Source: an uncultured delta proteobacterium
GTDB taxonomy: Bacteria > Desulfobacterota > Desulfobacteria > Desulfobacterales > UBA2156
Length of the DNA: 64,000 bases
Reading direction: 5' to 3'
Assembly: GCA_963736855.1 (NCBI GenBank)
Contig: CAVTQK010000009.1
Coordinates: 512,001 to 576,000 of the forward strand
Under the pieces are notes generated by a model that was not told the DNA's origin, did no database searches, and worked only from the letters and a program-made list of their open reading frames with translations. The first letter of the stretch is position 1. Each line of letters starts with the position of its first letter. Position numbers and translations under genes: made by a program. This document shows, in pieces, positions 46,189 through 56,530 of this stretch.

Positions 46189-47568
46189 ATGGGCTATGAC
46201 ACCATTGCCGCCATTGCAACGCCGATTGGTAGCGGCGGAATCGGGATCATCCGGATATCGGGGAAAGAGGCCTTGGGCATCACCCAAGCCATATTTCGGT
46301 CCTCCTGCCGGAAAAGACTTGATGCTTATCCGTCTCACCGCTTTTTCCATGGATGGATCCGGGACCCAAAATCGGGTATTGTCCTGGATGAAGTGCTGAT
46401 GGTATATATGCAGGCACCGCGCTCCTACACCCGGGAGGACGTGGCGGAGATCCACACCCACAGCGGCCCGGCTGCGCTTCGATCCACCCTAGATCTCGTG
46501 CTGAGTCACGGTGCACGGCTGGCGGATCCTGGGGAATTCACCAAGCGGGCCTTTCTGAACGGGCGCATCGACCTCAGTCAAGCGGAAGCCGTCATCGACA
46601 TCGTCAACGCAAAGACCCTGGCTTCCCTTGAGATTGCCGCGGCTCAGATCCATGGCGGGCTCCGTAAACAGATAGAAACCTGCCGATTCGCTCTTTGGGA
46701 ACTTCAAACCGAACTTTCCGCCGCCATCGATTTCCCGGAAGAGATGGAGACGCTGTTCAAAGCGGAAACGGCGGCGGACAGACTTAAAGGGCAGATTCTT
46801 TCACCATTACAAGAGCTTATTAAACAGTATGACCAGGGCCGGATTCTTCGTGAGGGAATCCGGGTGGTGGTGGCCGGGTTTCCAAACGTGGGTAAATCGA
46901 GCTTGATGAACTGCCTCCTTCATCGCGAGCGGGCTATTGTATCCCCATACCCGGGGACGACCCGGGATTTTCTTGAAGAGCCCCTGGATCTATACGGTCT
47001 TCAGGCGATGATCGTGGATACTGCCGGCCTCCAGGAAACCGATGATCCGGTGGGACGGATCGGTATCGAAAAGACTCATGAAAAAATCCGAGAAGCCGAC
47101 CTCTTGCTTTTCATGGTGGATGTTACACAGCCGGTTTTCATTCAAAAGGAAACGATACCGGTCTTTGAAAAGCCGACAATCTTGGTTGTCAACAAGGTGG
47201 ACCAGGTGAATTCAGACCGATTCCCCGAAATCCCGAAAGAATGGAAATGTTTTCCTGTCGTTCGAATCTCTGCTTTGACCCAGTACGGGGTGGATGCTCT
47301 GAAGGAGAAGATATTCGAAAGAATTACCCAGGGAAAGGGATTACGGCAGGAAAATCCCATCGTCCCTAACATGAGGCAAAAATCATTGCTGGACCGGGCG
47401 CTAAAAGCGACAGAAGCAGCTTTGGAAGGGATTTCTTCCGAGCGTTCACCGGAGCTTGTCAGCATGGACGTAGATGAGGCCCTGGATGCTCTGAACGAGA
47501 TCCTGGGGGAAACGATTCGGCCGGATATCCTGGATGCCATTTTCAGCCGATTTTGCATCGGAAAATGA
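46189..47568 (+). CDS. mnmE: tRNA modification GTPase MnmE
   Basis: DTIAAIAT, GFPNVGKSSL, DTAG, NKVD, FSRFCIGK. Confidence 0.96.
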   Translation: MGYDTIAAIATPIGSGGIGIIRISGKEALGITQAIFRSSCRKRLDAYPSHRFFHGWIRDPKSGIVLDEVLMVYMQAPRSYTREDVAEIHTHSGPAALRSTLDLVLSHGARLADPGEFTKRAFLNGRIDLSQAEAVIDIVNAKTLASLEIAAAQIHGGLRKQIETCRFALWELQTELSAAIDFPEEMETLFKAETAADRLKGQILSPLQELIKQYDQGRILREGIRVVVAGFPNVGKSSLMNCLLHRERAIVSPYPGTTRDFLEEPLDLYGLQAMIVDTAGLQETDDPVGRIGIEKTHEKIREADLLLFMVDVTQPVFIQKETIPVFEKPTILVVNKVDQVNSDRFPEIPKEWKCFPVVRISALTQYGVDALKEKIFERITQGKGLRQENPIVPNMRQKSLLDRALKATEAALEGISSERSPELVSMDVDEALDALNEILGETIRPDILDAIFSRFCIGK

Positions 47569-47670
47569 CAAAGATGCGTCATGAGCTGAAGCCAACCCGG
47601 GTGCTCACGGCGACCTTTAAGAAAAGTGCGGTGTGGAATTGCAGTAAAAGTTTGCGAAACCGTCAATGAT

Positions 47671-47823
47671 GACGAAATCGTAAAAACTCAAAATTAGGAT
47701 GGCAAAGTAAAAAGCTTCAGATGCAAGGCGCGCAAATCCTGAGGAATGAGGCGTACATATGGGTACGCCGCAATGACGAAGGATGCAGTGCAACGCAGCA
47801 GATGGACTTTTTACGAAGTCATC
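47671..47823. mobile_element. MITE-like element, type B (153 bp), 6-bp target duplication AATGAT
   Basis: Ends GACGAAATCGTAAAAA / TTTTTACGAAGTCATC; aatgat on both sides; near-identical to 49910-50062. Confidence 0.85.
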
Positions 47824-47828
47824 AATGA

Positions 47829-47844
47829 TGTTTCACGTGAAACA
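47829..47844. other. parS: parS centromere site
   Basis: Perfect palindrome TGTTTCACGTGAAACA just downstream of mnmE. Confidence 0.92.
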
Positions 47845-47916
47845 ATCGTGAAGGATGCTTAGGCATTGCGGCGTCTCCTTCAAGCTTGAGGAGCCGCCGG
47901 ATGGGAGACAGATCGA

Positions 47917-48589
47917 ATGAATTTTGATTTTTCACCTTTTTTTAAGAAGTATGAGGCCTTGCTGGTCGTTGTGGATGCCACTTTCGATCGTATCAAAAAG
48001 GAATATCCGAACGCGGTGACCTGCACTCTTAAATGTGCCGATTGTTGCCACGCGGTTTTCGACGTGCCTCTGGTAGAAGCGCTGTATCTGAACAAACAGT
48101 TCAACCTGCGGTTTCAGGGAAAAGAACGGGAGCAGATCCTGGAAAAAGCGAACCGGGCGGATCGCAAGGCATTTCAGATCAAAAAAAAGGCCGTCATGGA
48201 CCGAGAGGCAGGCAAAACGGAAACGGAAATTCTGGTAGAGATGGCTGCCGAAAGGCATCCGTTGTCCCCTTTTGAACAAGGAGGACACTTGTGACCTGTA
48301 TGATTTTCGGCCCACGACCTGTCGCCTGTACGGGCTTCCCACGGCCATTGGCGGAGTGAGTCATACATGCGGCCGCTCCGGCTTCTATGAGGGGAAGATC
48401 TATCCCACAATAAATATGGATGTGATTCACCGAAAGCTGTTCGAACTGTCGGAAGAAATCGCCCGGGCGATCCGAACCCGATACCCTAAACTCCACGAGA
48501 TGTTGGTTCCCCTTTCCATGGCCCTGTTGACCGATTATAATGAGGAATATCTCGGGGTTCCTGCTATAGCGCCTGAGGAGAAAGCATAA
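47917..48589 (+). CDS. YkgJ-family cysteine-cluster protein (one frameshift near 48257)
   Basis: CTLKCADCC ... (RIR)CPLL..CDLYDFRPTTCRLYG. Confidence 0.85.
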
Positions 48590-48600
48590 GGAAAAGAAGG

Positions 48601-48945
48601 ATGACCCAAGAATCAGAGGATGAGGAAAGAAGAAAACGGGCCATTTTTGAAGGTATGTCGGAAAAACGCCGTCGACATATCCTTAAAAAGGGGTATGAGA
48701 AGTGGGATCCTTTTTTAGAGCCCAAGGATCCCATCGAGATTCGAAAAGACCGAACCCAAAGGACCACCATCACGCTCGTCAGGGAATTTTTGCAGACGAA
48801 ATCCTCTGAGGAATACTCCAATGCATATGGACAGGGTGTCCTGGAAATAGCCCTTGGAATTGTCAACGGAGATGAACGGTTTAAGGGCATGTTCGAATTT
48901 TCCTGCTGGTATCGGGACCTTCTGGAAAAAGAGGGTCTTTACTAG
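48601..48945 (+). CDS. Hypothetical protein
   Basis: Clean 114-aa ORF with RBS, in operon context. Confidence 0.7.
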   Translation: MTQESEDEERRKRAIFEGMSEKRRRHILKKGYEKWDPFLEPKDPIEIRKDRTQRTTITLVREFLQTKSSEEYSNAYGQGVLEIALGIVNGDERFKGMFEFSCWYRDLLEKEGLY

Positions 48946-48949
48946 CGAC

Positions 48950-49801
48950 GTGAAAAGGACGAACGACGATCCGACAGAGGTGCACGGGCTTGCGAAGCAG
49001 CGGATATGGGATCTTATCTCGCATTCCCCAAAACGATTGACACAGGCCTACCTGGAAAGAAGGCTGAAATCTCGTGACCGTATAGAGAGCAGGGTCGTCC
49101 GAAGCGCCGTGCGGGAACTCGTCGCCCAAGGCAGGATTCAATATAGCTATCGACTGGGGTGTTCTTTCCTGGAGCAATCCATCCAAGGGGTCTTGCGCGT
49201 TTCCGAGCATCTCGTTTTAAAACCTCCTCAAATCTCTTATTTCCCCGGACCCTATGAGGTCGTGGTTGCTCTTGCGCCGGGAAGCGCCTTTGGTTTGGGG
49301 GACCATGCCTCGACCCGATTGGCTCTCAAGGGTATTGAAATGGCAATACGGTTCAATCCTGGACTGCAATGGCGTCAAGGGGCGCACATGTTGGACATCG
49401 GAACCGGCAGCGGAGTCTTAATGATTGCCGCCGTGCTGCTGGGTCTGGAAGGCGCCATCGGTACCGACACGGATTCCTCTTCCAGATACGAGGCGAGGGA
49501 GAACGCCAGAATTAACAGCGTGGAGGACAGGGTCGAAGTGACGGACAAACCGGTAGCGGCCCAAACCGGACCCTTCGCACTAGTGGCGGCCAACCTCCGC
49601 TTCCCGACGCTTAGGTCACTGGCCGCTCGAATGCAATCCCTGACGGATCTTGGCGGAGCGGTGGTCATCTCCGGGATCCGGGAATGGGAGTTGGAAGATC
49701 TCGTGAACATCTATCATTGCGCCTCCTTTTCTACGATTTGGAGGGGATGCGATCAGGGATGGTGGGGAGCGCTGTTTGCCAATAGAACGGGAGCAAAATG
49801 A
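48950..49801 (+). CDS. PrmA-like SAM-dependent methyltransferase with N-terminal extension
   Basis: PGSAFGLGDHAST, LDIGTGSGVL, VAANL, ISGI. Confidence 0.8.
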   Translation: MKRTNDDPTEVHGLAKQRIWDLISHSPKRLTQAYLERRLKSRDRIESRVVRSAVRELVAQGRIQYSYRLGCSFLEQSIQGVLRVSEHLVLKPPQISYFPGPYEVVVALAPGSAFGLGDHASTRLALKGIEMAIRFNPGLQWRQGAHMLDIGTGSGVLMIAAVLLGLEGAIGTDTDSSSRYEARENARINSVEDRVEVTDKPVAAQTGPFALVAANLRFPTLRSLAARMQSLTDLGGAVVISGIREWELEDLVNIYHCASFSTIWRGCDQGWWGALFANRTGAK

Positions 49802-49909
49802 GGGGATTCGGGTATCTGAGGGCGCGTTTTCATAAGTCGCTTTATGATCGGAAGTTGCTGTTGGGGGAAGCCTTGCTCAAGGCCCGTATCATCACGCTCA
49901 GCCAATTGA

Positions 49910-50062
49910 GACGAAATCGTAAAAACTCAAAATTAGGATGGCAAAGTAAAAAGCTTCAGATGCAAGGCGCGCAAATCCTGAGGAATGAGACGTACATGTG
50001 GGTACGCCGCAATGACGAAGTATGCAGTGCAACACAGCAGATGGACTTTTTACGAAGCCATC
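49910..50062. mobile_element. MITE-like element, type B (153 bp)
   Basis: Copy of 47671-47823; flanked by aattga / aattgt. Confidence 0.85.
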
Positions 50063-50068
50063 AATTGT

Positions 50069-50258
50069 GATGAAATCGTAAAAAGGCTGATTTTTCTCGC
50101 GCCGCAAGTCTTTTCGGAAGATCCAAAGGGTTTCGCTAAATCTCAAGAACTCGGCACAAGTGCCTCAAACAGCTTGAGATATTTAACGCTCAACCCCTTG
50201 CCTCTCTTTTTCCGAAAAGACTTAAATGGCGCTCACAAAACCTTGTTACGAAGCCATC
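50069..50258. mobile_element. MITE-like element, type A (190 bp), inverted relative to the 35430 copy
   Basis: GATGAAATCGTAAAAA ... GTTACGAAGCCATC; flanked by aattgt / aattgt. Confidence 0.85.
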
Positions 50259-50492
50259 AATTGTAAAAGGCGCTCGAAATGCAGGGCTTACCGGAAAAAA
50301 GCTCGGTGAAGTCCTCGTCCAGGAAGGGAACGCTACCGAAAAGGATATCATGAGGACCATCGAAACACACTTCGGGATCCGTATGACTTCCCTTTCATGG
50401 AACATTTATGATCCAAGCCTTGTTTCAGAACAGGAGGCGCATCATGACATTTCAAGCGGAGATAACGAGCCTTTTGAGGGGGAAGAAAGCCG

Positions 50493-50585
50493 TGGCGGAG
50501 AGACCGGGATTCGAACCCGGGATACCCCTTTCGGAATATACTCGCTTAGCAGGCGAGCGCCTTCGACCAACTCGGCCATCTCTCC
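50493..50585 (-). tRNA. tRNA-Ser(GCT)
   Basis: GGAGAGATGGCCGAGTTGG..CTCGC-CT GCT AA-GCGAG, long variable arm, GTTCGAATC, CCA end. Confidence 0.96.
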
Positions 50586-50642
50586 GGAAAACCCGTACTT
50601 CGTGAGACGGAGGGCGGAATATAAGAATAAAAGTAGGTGCCC

Positions 50643-50728
50643 TGGCGGAGGGAGTAGGATTCGAACCCACGGAGCTTTCGCTCAACGGTTTTCAAGACCG
50701 TCGCCTTAAACCACTCGGCCATCCCTCC
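50643..50728 (-). tRNA. tRNA-Ser(TGA)
   Basis: GGAGGGATGGCCGAGTGG..ACGGT-CT TGA AA-ACCGT, variable arm, GTTCGAATC, CCA end. Confidence 0.96.
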
Positions 50729-50899
50729 TGAAACCATCAGAAACAAATTCCTATCATAGAAACCGTTTCGGGTCAACAGGTTTTTCGAGTCGATGAATCG
50801 GAACAGGGATAACCCGAAAAGGTCTCATGCATGTTGACAATGCCCTAAACTCATGATTTAAAGGTAAGAAAAAATGGGGCAGGACCCAGGAGATTCCTC

Positions 50900-51376
50900 A
50901 TGAAGCAGAAATATCAGATTGTAAAGAAAGCTGATAAAAATAAGATGATTATCCAGGAGTATGCCGAACTGGATAAAGAAGCGAATTCGCTTTTATGCGA
51001 AGAAACCTATGATATGAAACGGGTGGCAGCCGCAGGGAAGACCGGACGCCAGGCCTTAATGGATATCTTGAGGACCCGAAATTTCTATCCTAACGGTATC
51101 TATACGGAAAAAATTGCCGAGACGGTTATGCAACTACTGTCCTCGACCGATAAGGAAATGGCTGAAATCACCTTCGATGACATGGAATTGATCTCGCAGG
51201 ATCGGAGGAAAGAATGGGGCTTGGTGGAGGAGGGTGTTGAGGAGGAAACCCCGGAACTTGATGAACTCCTAGAAGAAGAAATCGAAGAAGATTACGATAA
51301 AGAGGTGCTTAACGGCTACCAGCCTTCGGTTCAAGTGGCCGATGAGGATTCGCTGGAAACCGATGAAGAATCATAA
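50900..51376 (+). CDS. Hypothetical protein with highly acidic C-terminal tail
   Basis: AGGAG RBS, 158-aa ORF, E/D-rich last third. Confidence 0.75.
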   Translation: MKQKYQIVKKADKNKMIIQEYAELDKEANSLLCEETYDMKRVAAAGKTGRQALMDILRTRNFYPNGIYTEKIAETVMQLLSSTDKEMAEITFDDMELISQDRRKEWGLVEEGVEEETPELDELLEEEIEEDYDKEVLNGYQPSVQVADEDSLETDEES

Positions 51377-51482
51377 GTCGTCCTTGACATTAAAAAGGGC
51401 TTTAATACAAAGCTTCGTGATTAGTTCCACATCCTTTGAAATAAGCTATATTTTATTGCTCTGGAATAAGGGAAAGCGAATT

Positions 51483-52500
51483 TTGTCGGTAAAGCCTTTA
51501 TCAAACTCCATCAAGCAGGCACTGATTGATCGATTTAGTCGACGAATGAATTATTTCCGTATCTCCATCACCGATCGCTGTAATCTCAGGTGTTTTTACT
51601 GCGTTCCAGAAGGTTTTTTCCCCAAATTACCCCACCATGAAATACTATGCTTACGAGGAGATGTTACGTTTGGTCAAGATTGGGGTTCGCTTAGGAGTTT
51701 CAAAAGTGCGTGTAACCGGCGGCGAGCCCCTGGTCAGAAAGGGTGTCTACGGCTTTCTGGAAGCGCTAGGACAGACAGCCGGACTGTCCGATGTCTCTTT
51801 GACCACCAATGGTGTATTATTGTCTCACCAGATCCACCGGATCCAAAAGGCCGGGATTCGACGCATCAACATCAGTCTGGACACGTCGAATCGCGAAAAA
51901 TATCGAAGAATTACGGGGGTTGATCGTTTCGACGCCGTGTGGGAGGGAATTCGATCGGCGCATGAATCAGGATTTCACCCAATCAAAATCAACGTGGTGG
52001 TTATTCGAGGCGTCAACGATGACGAATTGATGGATCTCGCACGCTTGTCCATTGATCATCCTTATTTCATTCGATTTATCGAGTATATGCCCATGGGTGT
52101 TCATTGCACGAATATGAATCAGCAAATGCTTGCACCGGAAATTTTGACAAAGATTGAAACTGTCGGTGCCTTGGAGCCTATTTTCAGAACTAAAAATGAC
52201 GGACCCGCGGAACGTTACCGGTTCAATGGAGCGGCTGGCGAGATCGGGTTGATCCGGCCCATCAGTCATCATTTCTGCCAGGATTGTAACCGGTTGCGTC
52301 TTACCGCCAGCGGGCAGCTCCGTGTTTGCTTGTTATCCAAAATCCAAGTGGACCTGAAAGGACCCATGAGAGACGGCGCTACGGATGCCGAACTGGCCCA
52401 AATGATGAAAGAGGCGGTCCTGCGGAAGCCGCAGGATCACGGATTAAGCTTAAGGAAAGTATCTGCCGTTTTAGACCCGATGTCTGCCATCGGCGGCTGA
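51483..52500 (+). CDS. moaA: GTP 3',8-cyclase MoaA (one frameshift near 51645; start approximate)
   Basis: RISITDRCNLRCFYC, TGGEPL, FCQDCNRLRLT..C, C-terminal IGG. Confidence 0.92.
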
Positions 52501-52647
52501 GCCACCGGGAATTTTAAACGGAAACAGAAACGGAAACAAGGGATACGGTTTCCTGGGAAAGGGACAGGTTCATCGCCTAAAAGCGGATTCGTTTTAGCGG
52601 ATTAACCTGCCGCTAACATTAACAACAGCAAGGAGGGAGGAGGATTT

Positions 52648-55600
52648 ATGAACGTTTCACGCCGAGAGTTCATGCAGATTACCGGTGCCACGGCAGCGGG
52701 TCTTGCGGTGAGCGGCCTGGGGTTTGATCTTTCGCCGGTTCAATCCCACGCTCAGATGCTAAAGACCAAGTATGCCAAAGAGACCATCACGATCTGCCCC
52801 TACTGCGGGGTGGGATGCGGGGCCATCGTGCATACCGCCAAAAGTGGGGCCGGCCGTGTCATCAACATCGAAGGGGATCCGGACCATGTCATCAGCCGGG
52901 GATCCCTGTGCTCGAAGGGCTCTTCTCTGAAGCAGCTGGTGGAAAACGAAAACCGATTGCTGGAACCCATGTACCGGGCTCCGAATTCAAAGGAATGGAA
53001 ACCGGTGTCATGGGACTGGGCCATTGAAGAGATTGCCAAACGCGTCAAGGCCACACGGGACGCCACTTTTGAGGCTAAAAACGACAAGGGGCAGACGGTC
53101 AACCGCACCACAGCCATCGCCTCGGTGGGCAGCGCCGCTTTGGACAATGAAGAGTGCTGGATCTACCAGGCCCTGCTGCGAGCTCTCGGGCTGGTATATA
53201 TCGAACACCAGGCCCGTATCTGACACAGCGCCACGGTTGCGGCTCTGGCAGAGTCGTTCGGACGCGGCGCCATGACCAACCACTGGATTGATCTGAAAAA
53301 CGCGGACTTCATTCTCATCATGGGAAGCAACGCCGCGGAAAACCACCCCATCTCTTTCAGATGGATCACCGAGGCCCAGAAAAACGGCGCCACCCTCATC
53401 AATGTGGATCCACGTTTACCCGCACCTCCTCCAAGGCGGATATTTACGCTTCTTTGCGTTCCGGGACGGACATCGCCTTTTTGGGCGGGATGATCAAGTA
53501 CATCCTGGACAATAAACTGTATTTTGAAGAATATATGCTCGATTATACCAACGCTTCTTTTATTGTAAACGATGCTTTTGGATTTTCCGACGGCCTCTTT
53601 GCCGGTTATGACGATAAAAAGCGCAGTTACGACAAAAGCAAGTGGGCTTTTGCTATGGACGAAAAGGGTGTTCCCAAGCGTGACCCCAGCCTGAAAAATC
53701 CCCTATGTGTAATCAATCTGCTTAAAAAGCACTACGATCGCTATACGCTCAAGAAAGTATCAGAGGTCACCGGGACCCCGGAAGCCGATCTTTTGAAGGT
53801 TTACAAAGCTTACAGCGCCACCGGCAAAACCTGACAAGGCCGCCACTATCATGTACGCCATGGGATGGACCCAGCATACGGTGGGCGTCCAGAACATCCG
53901 CGCCATGTGCATCATTCAACTGCTGCTGGGCAACATGGGCATCGCGGGCGGCGGTGTGAATGCCCTGCGGGGTGAATCCAATGTGCAGGGCTCCACGGAT
54001 CAAGGCTTGTTGTTCCACATCCTGCCCGGCTATCTGCCCACGCCGGCGGCCTCCATCGACTCCCTGACGGTTTACAAAGAGAAAAACACGCCCAAGAGCA
54101 ACGATCCGCGTTCGGCCAACTGGTGGCAGAACCGGCCCAAGTACATCACCAGCCTGCTCAAGTCCTTTTTCGGAGACAAGGCTACGGCAGAAAACGATTT
54201 CGGCTACAACTGGCTGCCAAAGGTCGACGACGGAAAGCCCTATTCCTGGCTGGATATCTTCGATGCCATGTACAACGGGAAGATCAAGGGGTTTTTTGCC
54301 TGGGGCCAGAACCCGGCCTGCTCGGGCGCCAATTCCAACAAGACCCGCAAGGCCATGGCCAAGCTGGACTGGATGGTGAACGTCAATCTTTTTGACAATG
54401 AAACCGGCTCGTTCTGGAAGGGTCCGGGAATGGATCCATCGGCCATCAAGACCGAGGTATTCATGCTCCCGGCCTGCGTTTCCGTGGAAAAAGAAGGGAT
54501 CTATCAGCAACTCGGGCCGCTGGATGCAGTGGCGCTACGAGGGACCCAAACCCTTAGGCAACAGCCGCCCCGATGGCGACATGATCATGGAACTGGGTCT
54601 CAAGCTCAAGGAACTCTATGCCAAGGGCGGGGGGTTCCCGGATCCGATCCTCAACCTCAAGTGGGACTATTCAACCAATCATAAGTACGATCCCCACAAG
54701 GCGGCCAAGGAGATCAACGGCTACTGGCTCAAAGACAAAACCATCGGCGAGGTCACTTACAAGGCCGGCTCTCTCGTGGCGCCGGGATTTGCCCTGCTCC
54801 AGGCCGACGGCTCCACTTCCTGCGGCAACTGGATCTACTGCGGCAGCTATACGGACAAGGGGAACATGGCGGCCCGGCGGAGCCAGGAAGATGCACCCAA
54901 CAAGATCGGCCTGTATCCCGCCTTTGCCTGGTGCTGGCCGGTGAACCGGCGGATCATCTACAACCGAGCTTCCTGCAATCCAAAAGGACAGCCGTATAAT
55001 GAAAAGCGCTGGGTCGTCAAATGGGATGCTGAAGGAAAAAAATGGGTCGGCGATGTCCCGGATGGACCCTGGCCCCCGCTGCAAAACCCGGACGGCAGCC
55101 AGCGTGAGGACGGTCGTTATCCGTTTATCATGACAAAAGAAGGATTTGCTCAGATTTATGGCCCGGGCCTCAACGACGGGCCTTTCCCGGAACACTATGA
55201 GCCTCTGGAATGCCCGGTGGAGAAAAATGCATTCGGCAAACAGCTCATGAACCCCACGGCCCCGGTGTACGGCACCGATGCGGATGCGCATTTTACCTGC
55301 GACCCGCGCTATCCCTATGTGTGCACTACCTATCGGGTATCCGAGCACTGGCAGACCGGGCTGATGACCCGGCCCCAGCCCTGGCTGCTGGAACTTCAGC
55401 CCCAGATGTTTGTGGAGATCAGCGAGGAGCTGGCTAAACTGAAAGGATTTAAAAACGGTGAACGGATCAAGGTGTCTTCAGCCCGCGGATCGGTGGAGTG
55501 TACGACCATCGTGACCAAGCGCTTTAAACCCTTTAAAATCAGCGGCACGGTGGTCCATGAAGTGGGGATTCCATGGCATTTCGGCTGGCGATGGCCCGAC

Positions 55601-55705
55601 AGCGGCAAAGAGGAAAGTGCGAACCTGCTCACGCCGTCCACCGGTGATCCCAACACCCGGATCCCGGAAACCAAGGCCTTCATGGTCAACGTGGCCAAAA
55701 TCTAA
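52648..55705 (+). CDS. fdhA: Periplasmic Mo/W formate dehydrogenase alpha subunit with selenocysteine (UGA 53221-53223); about 3 extra frameshifts
   Basis: Tat SRREF, CPYCGVGC..C, EHQARI-UGA-HSATV, MGWTQH, LRGESNVQGSTD. Confidence 0.93.
53239..53257 (+). promoter_or_regulatory. Bacterial SECIS element of fdhA
   Basis: gcggctct-GGC-agagtcgt hairpin; first loop G lies 24 nt after the UGA. Confidence 0.85.
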
Positions 55706-55719
55706 GGAGGTGATCTGAT

Positions 55720-56439
55720 ATGAGCAAAGCCTTTTTTATCGATACGACATTGTGTACGGCCTGTCGGGCATGCCAGGTGGCCTGCAAACAGTGGCACAAC
55801 CTACCGGCCGAGAAAACAACCAATAAGGGGACCTTCCAAAACCCGGCGGACCTTTCTTTTGATACCTACAAATTGGTCCGCATGCGTGAAGAAGTGATCA
55901 ACAGCAAGCTGCAGTGGCTGTTTTTTCCGGAGCAGTGTCGGCACTGTCTGGAGCCCCCCTGCCGTGATACCGCAGGAGAGCCCACTGCCATCTATACCGA
56001 CAAGGAGACGGGGGCGGTCCTGTACACCGCTAATACCAAGGGGCTCAATGTCAAGGAAATCACCGAGTCATGCCCATATAATATCCCGCGGGCATCCGAG
56101 GAAGGCACCTTGGCCAAGTGCGACATGTGCATCGACCGGGTTCAAAACGGACTTGCCCCGGCCTGTGTAAAGACCTGCCCCTCCGGATCCATGAACTTCG
56201 GTGACCGGGAAGCGATGTTGGAGATGGCCAAGAAGCGATTGAAAGAGGTCCAGGCCAAATTCCCGAAGGCTTCCCTTCTGGATCCCGATGATGTGAGCGT
56301 CATCTATCTGGTGGCCTTTGATCCGAAAATCTATCATGAATTTTCGGTGGCATCCAGACAATCCCCGGGAATTACACGACAGGTGGCGCTGAAAAAGATA
56401 GCGTCGCCCATCACCCGTTTCGTGCGTGCGCTCGGATGA
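55720..56439 (+). CDS. fdhB: Formate dehydrogenase beta (Fe-S) subunit
   Basis: CTACRACQVAC, CRHCLEPPC, KCDMC..PACVKTCP. Confidence 0.92.
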   Translation: MSKAFFIDTTLCTACRACQVACKQWHNLPAEKTTNKGTFQNPADLSFDTYKLVRMREEVINSKLQWLFFPEQCRHCLEPPCRDTAGEPTAIYTDKETGAVLYTANTKGLNVKEITESCPYNIPRASEEGTLAKCDMCIDRVQNGLAPACVKTCPSGSMNFGDREAMLEMAKKRLKEVQAKFPKASLLDPDDVSVIYLVAFDPKIYHEFSVASRQSPGITRQVALKKIASPITRFVRALG

Positions 56440-56461
56440 TCCGATCCGCGCAATGAGTCTG

Positions 56462-56495
56462 AAAAGGGGGAGGCGGATTCCGCCTCCCCCTTTTT
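56462..56495. terminator. Rho-independent terminator after fdhB (bidirectional)
   Basis: aaaagggggaggcgg-att-ccgcctcccccttttt. Confidence 0.85.
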
Positions 56496-56530
56496 GTATC
56501 GACAAGTTATAGAAGGAAGGCTCGCATTTG

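Larger units (their letters stand above)
49798..50400 (+). pseudogene. MshEN (c-di-GMP-binding) domain ORF interrupted by two tandem MITEs
   Basis: LLGEALLKARIITLSQL before the insertions and KKALEMQ..TGKKLGEVLVQEG..TEKDIMRTIETH after them. Confidence 0.7.

Noticed and set aside
49904..50264. Repeat-spacer-repeat pattern as a CRISPR array or integron cassettes
   Set aside because: Units are 150-190 bp with inverted ends and target duplications and recur elsewhere; there are no cas or integrase genes
49898..50266. Short ORFs inside the repeats (e.g. MQGAQILRNE.., and 35355-35656)
   Set aside because: They are translations of MITE sequence with no sign of real coding
50643..50728. tRNA with a TGA anticodon as tRNA-Sec or a suppressor
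   Set aside because: Anticodon TGA reads UCA (Ser); tRNA-Sec would have TCA and a longer acceptor stem
50350..50776. ORFs overlapping the tRNA genes
   Set aside because: Shadow ORFs of the two tRNA-Ser genes
52501..52647. Moco/Wco riboswitch upstream of fdhA
   Set aside because: The context fits, but I could not match the conserved motif; it needs an Infernal scan
53832..53834. Second TGA in fdhA as another Sec
   Set aside because: An extra A in aaaa causes it; the corrected frame reads TGKPDKAATIMY
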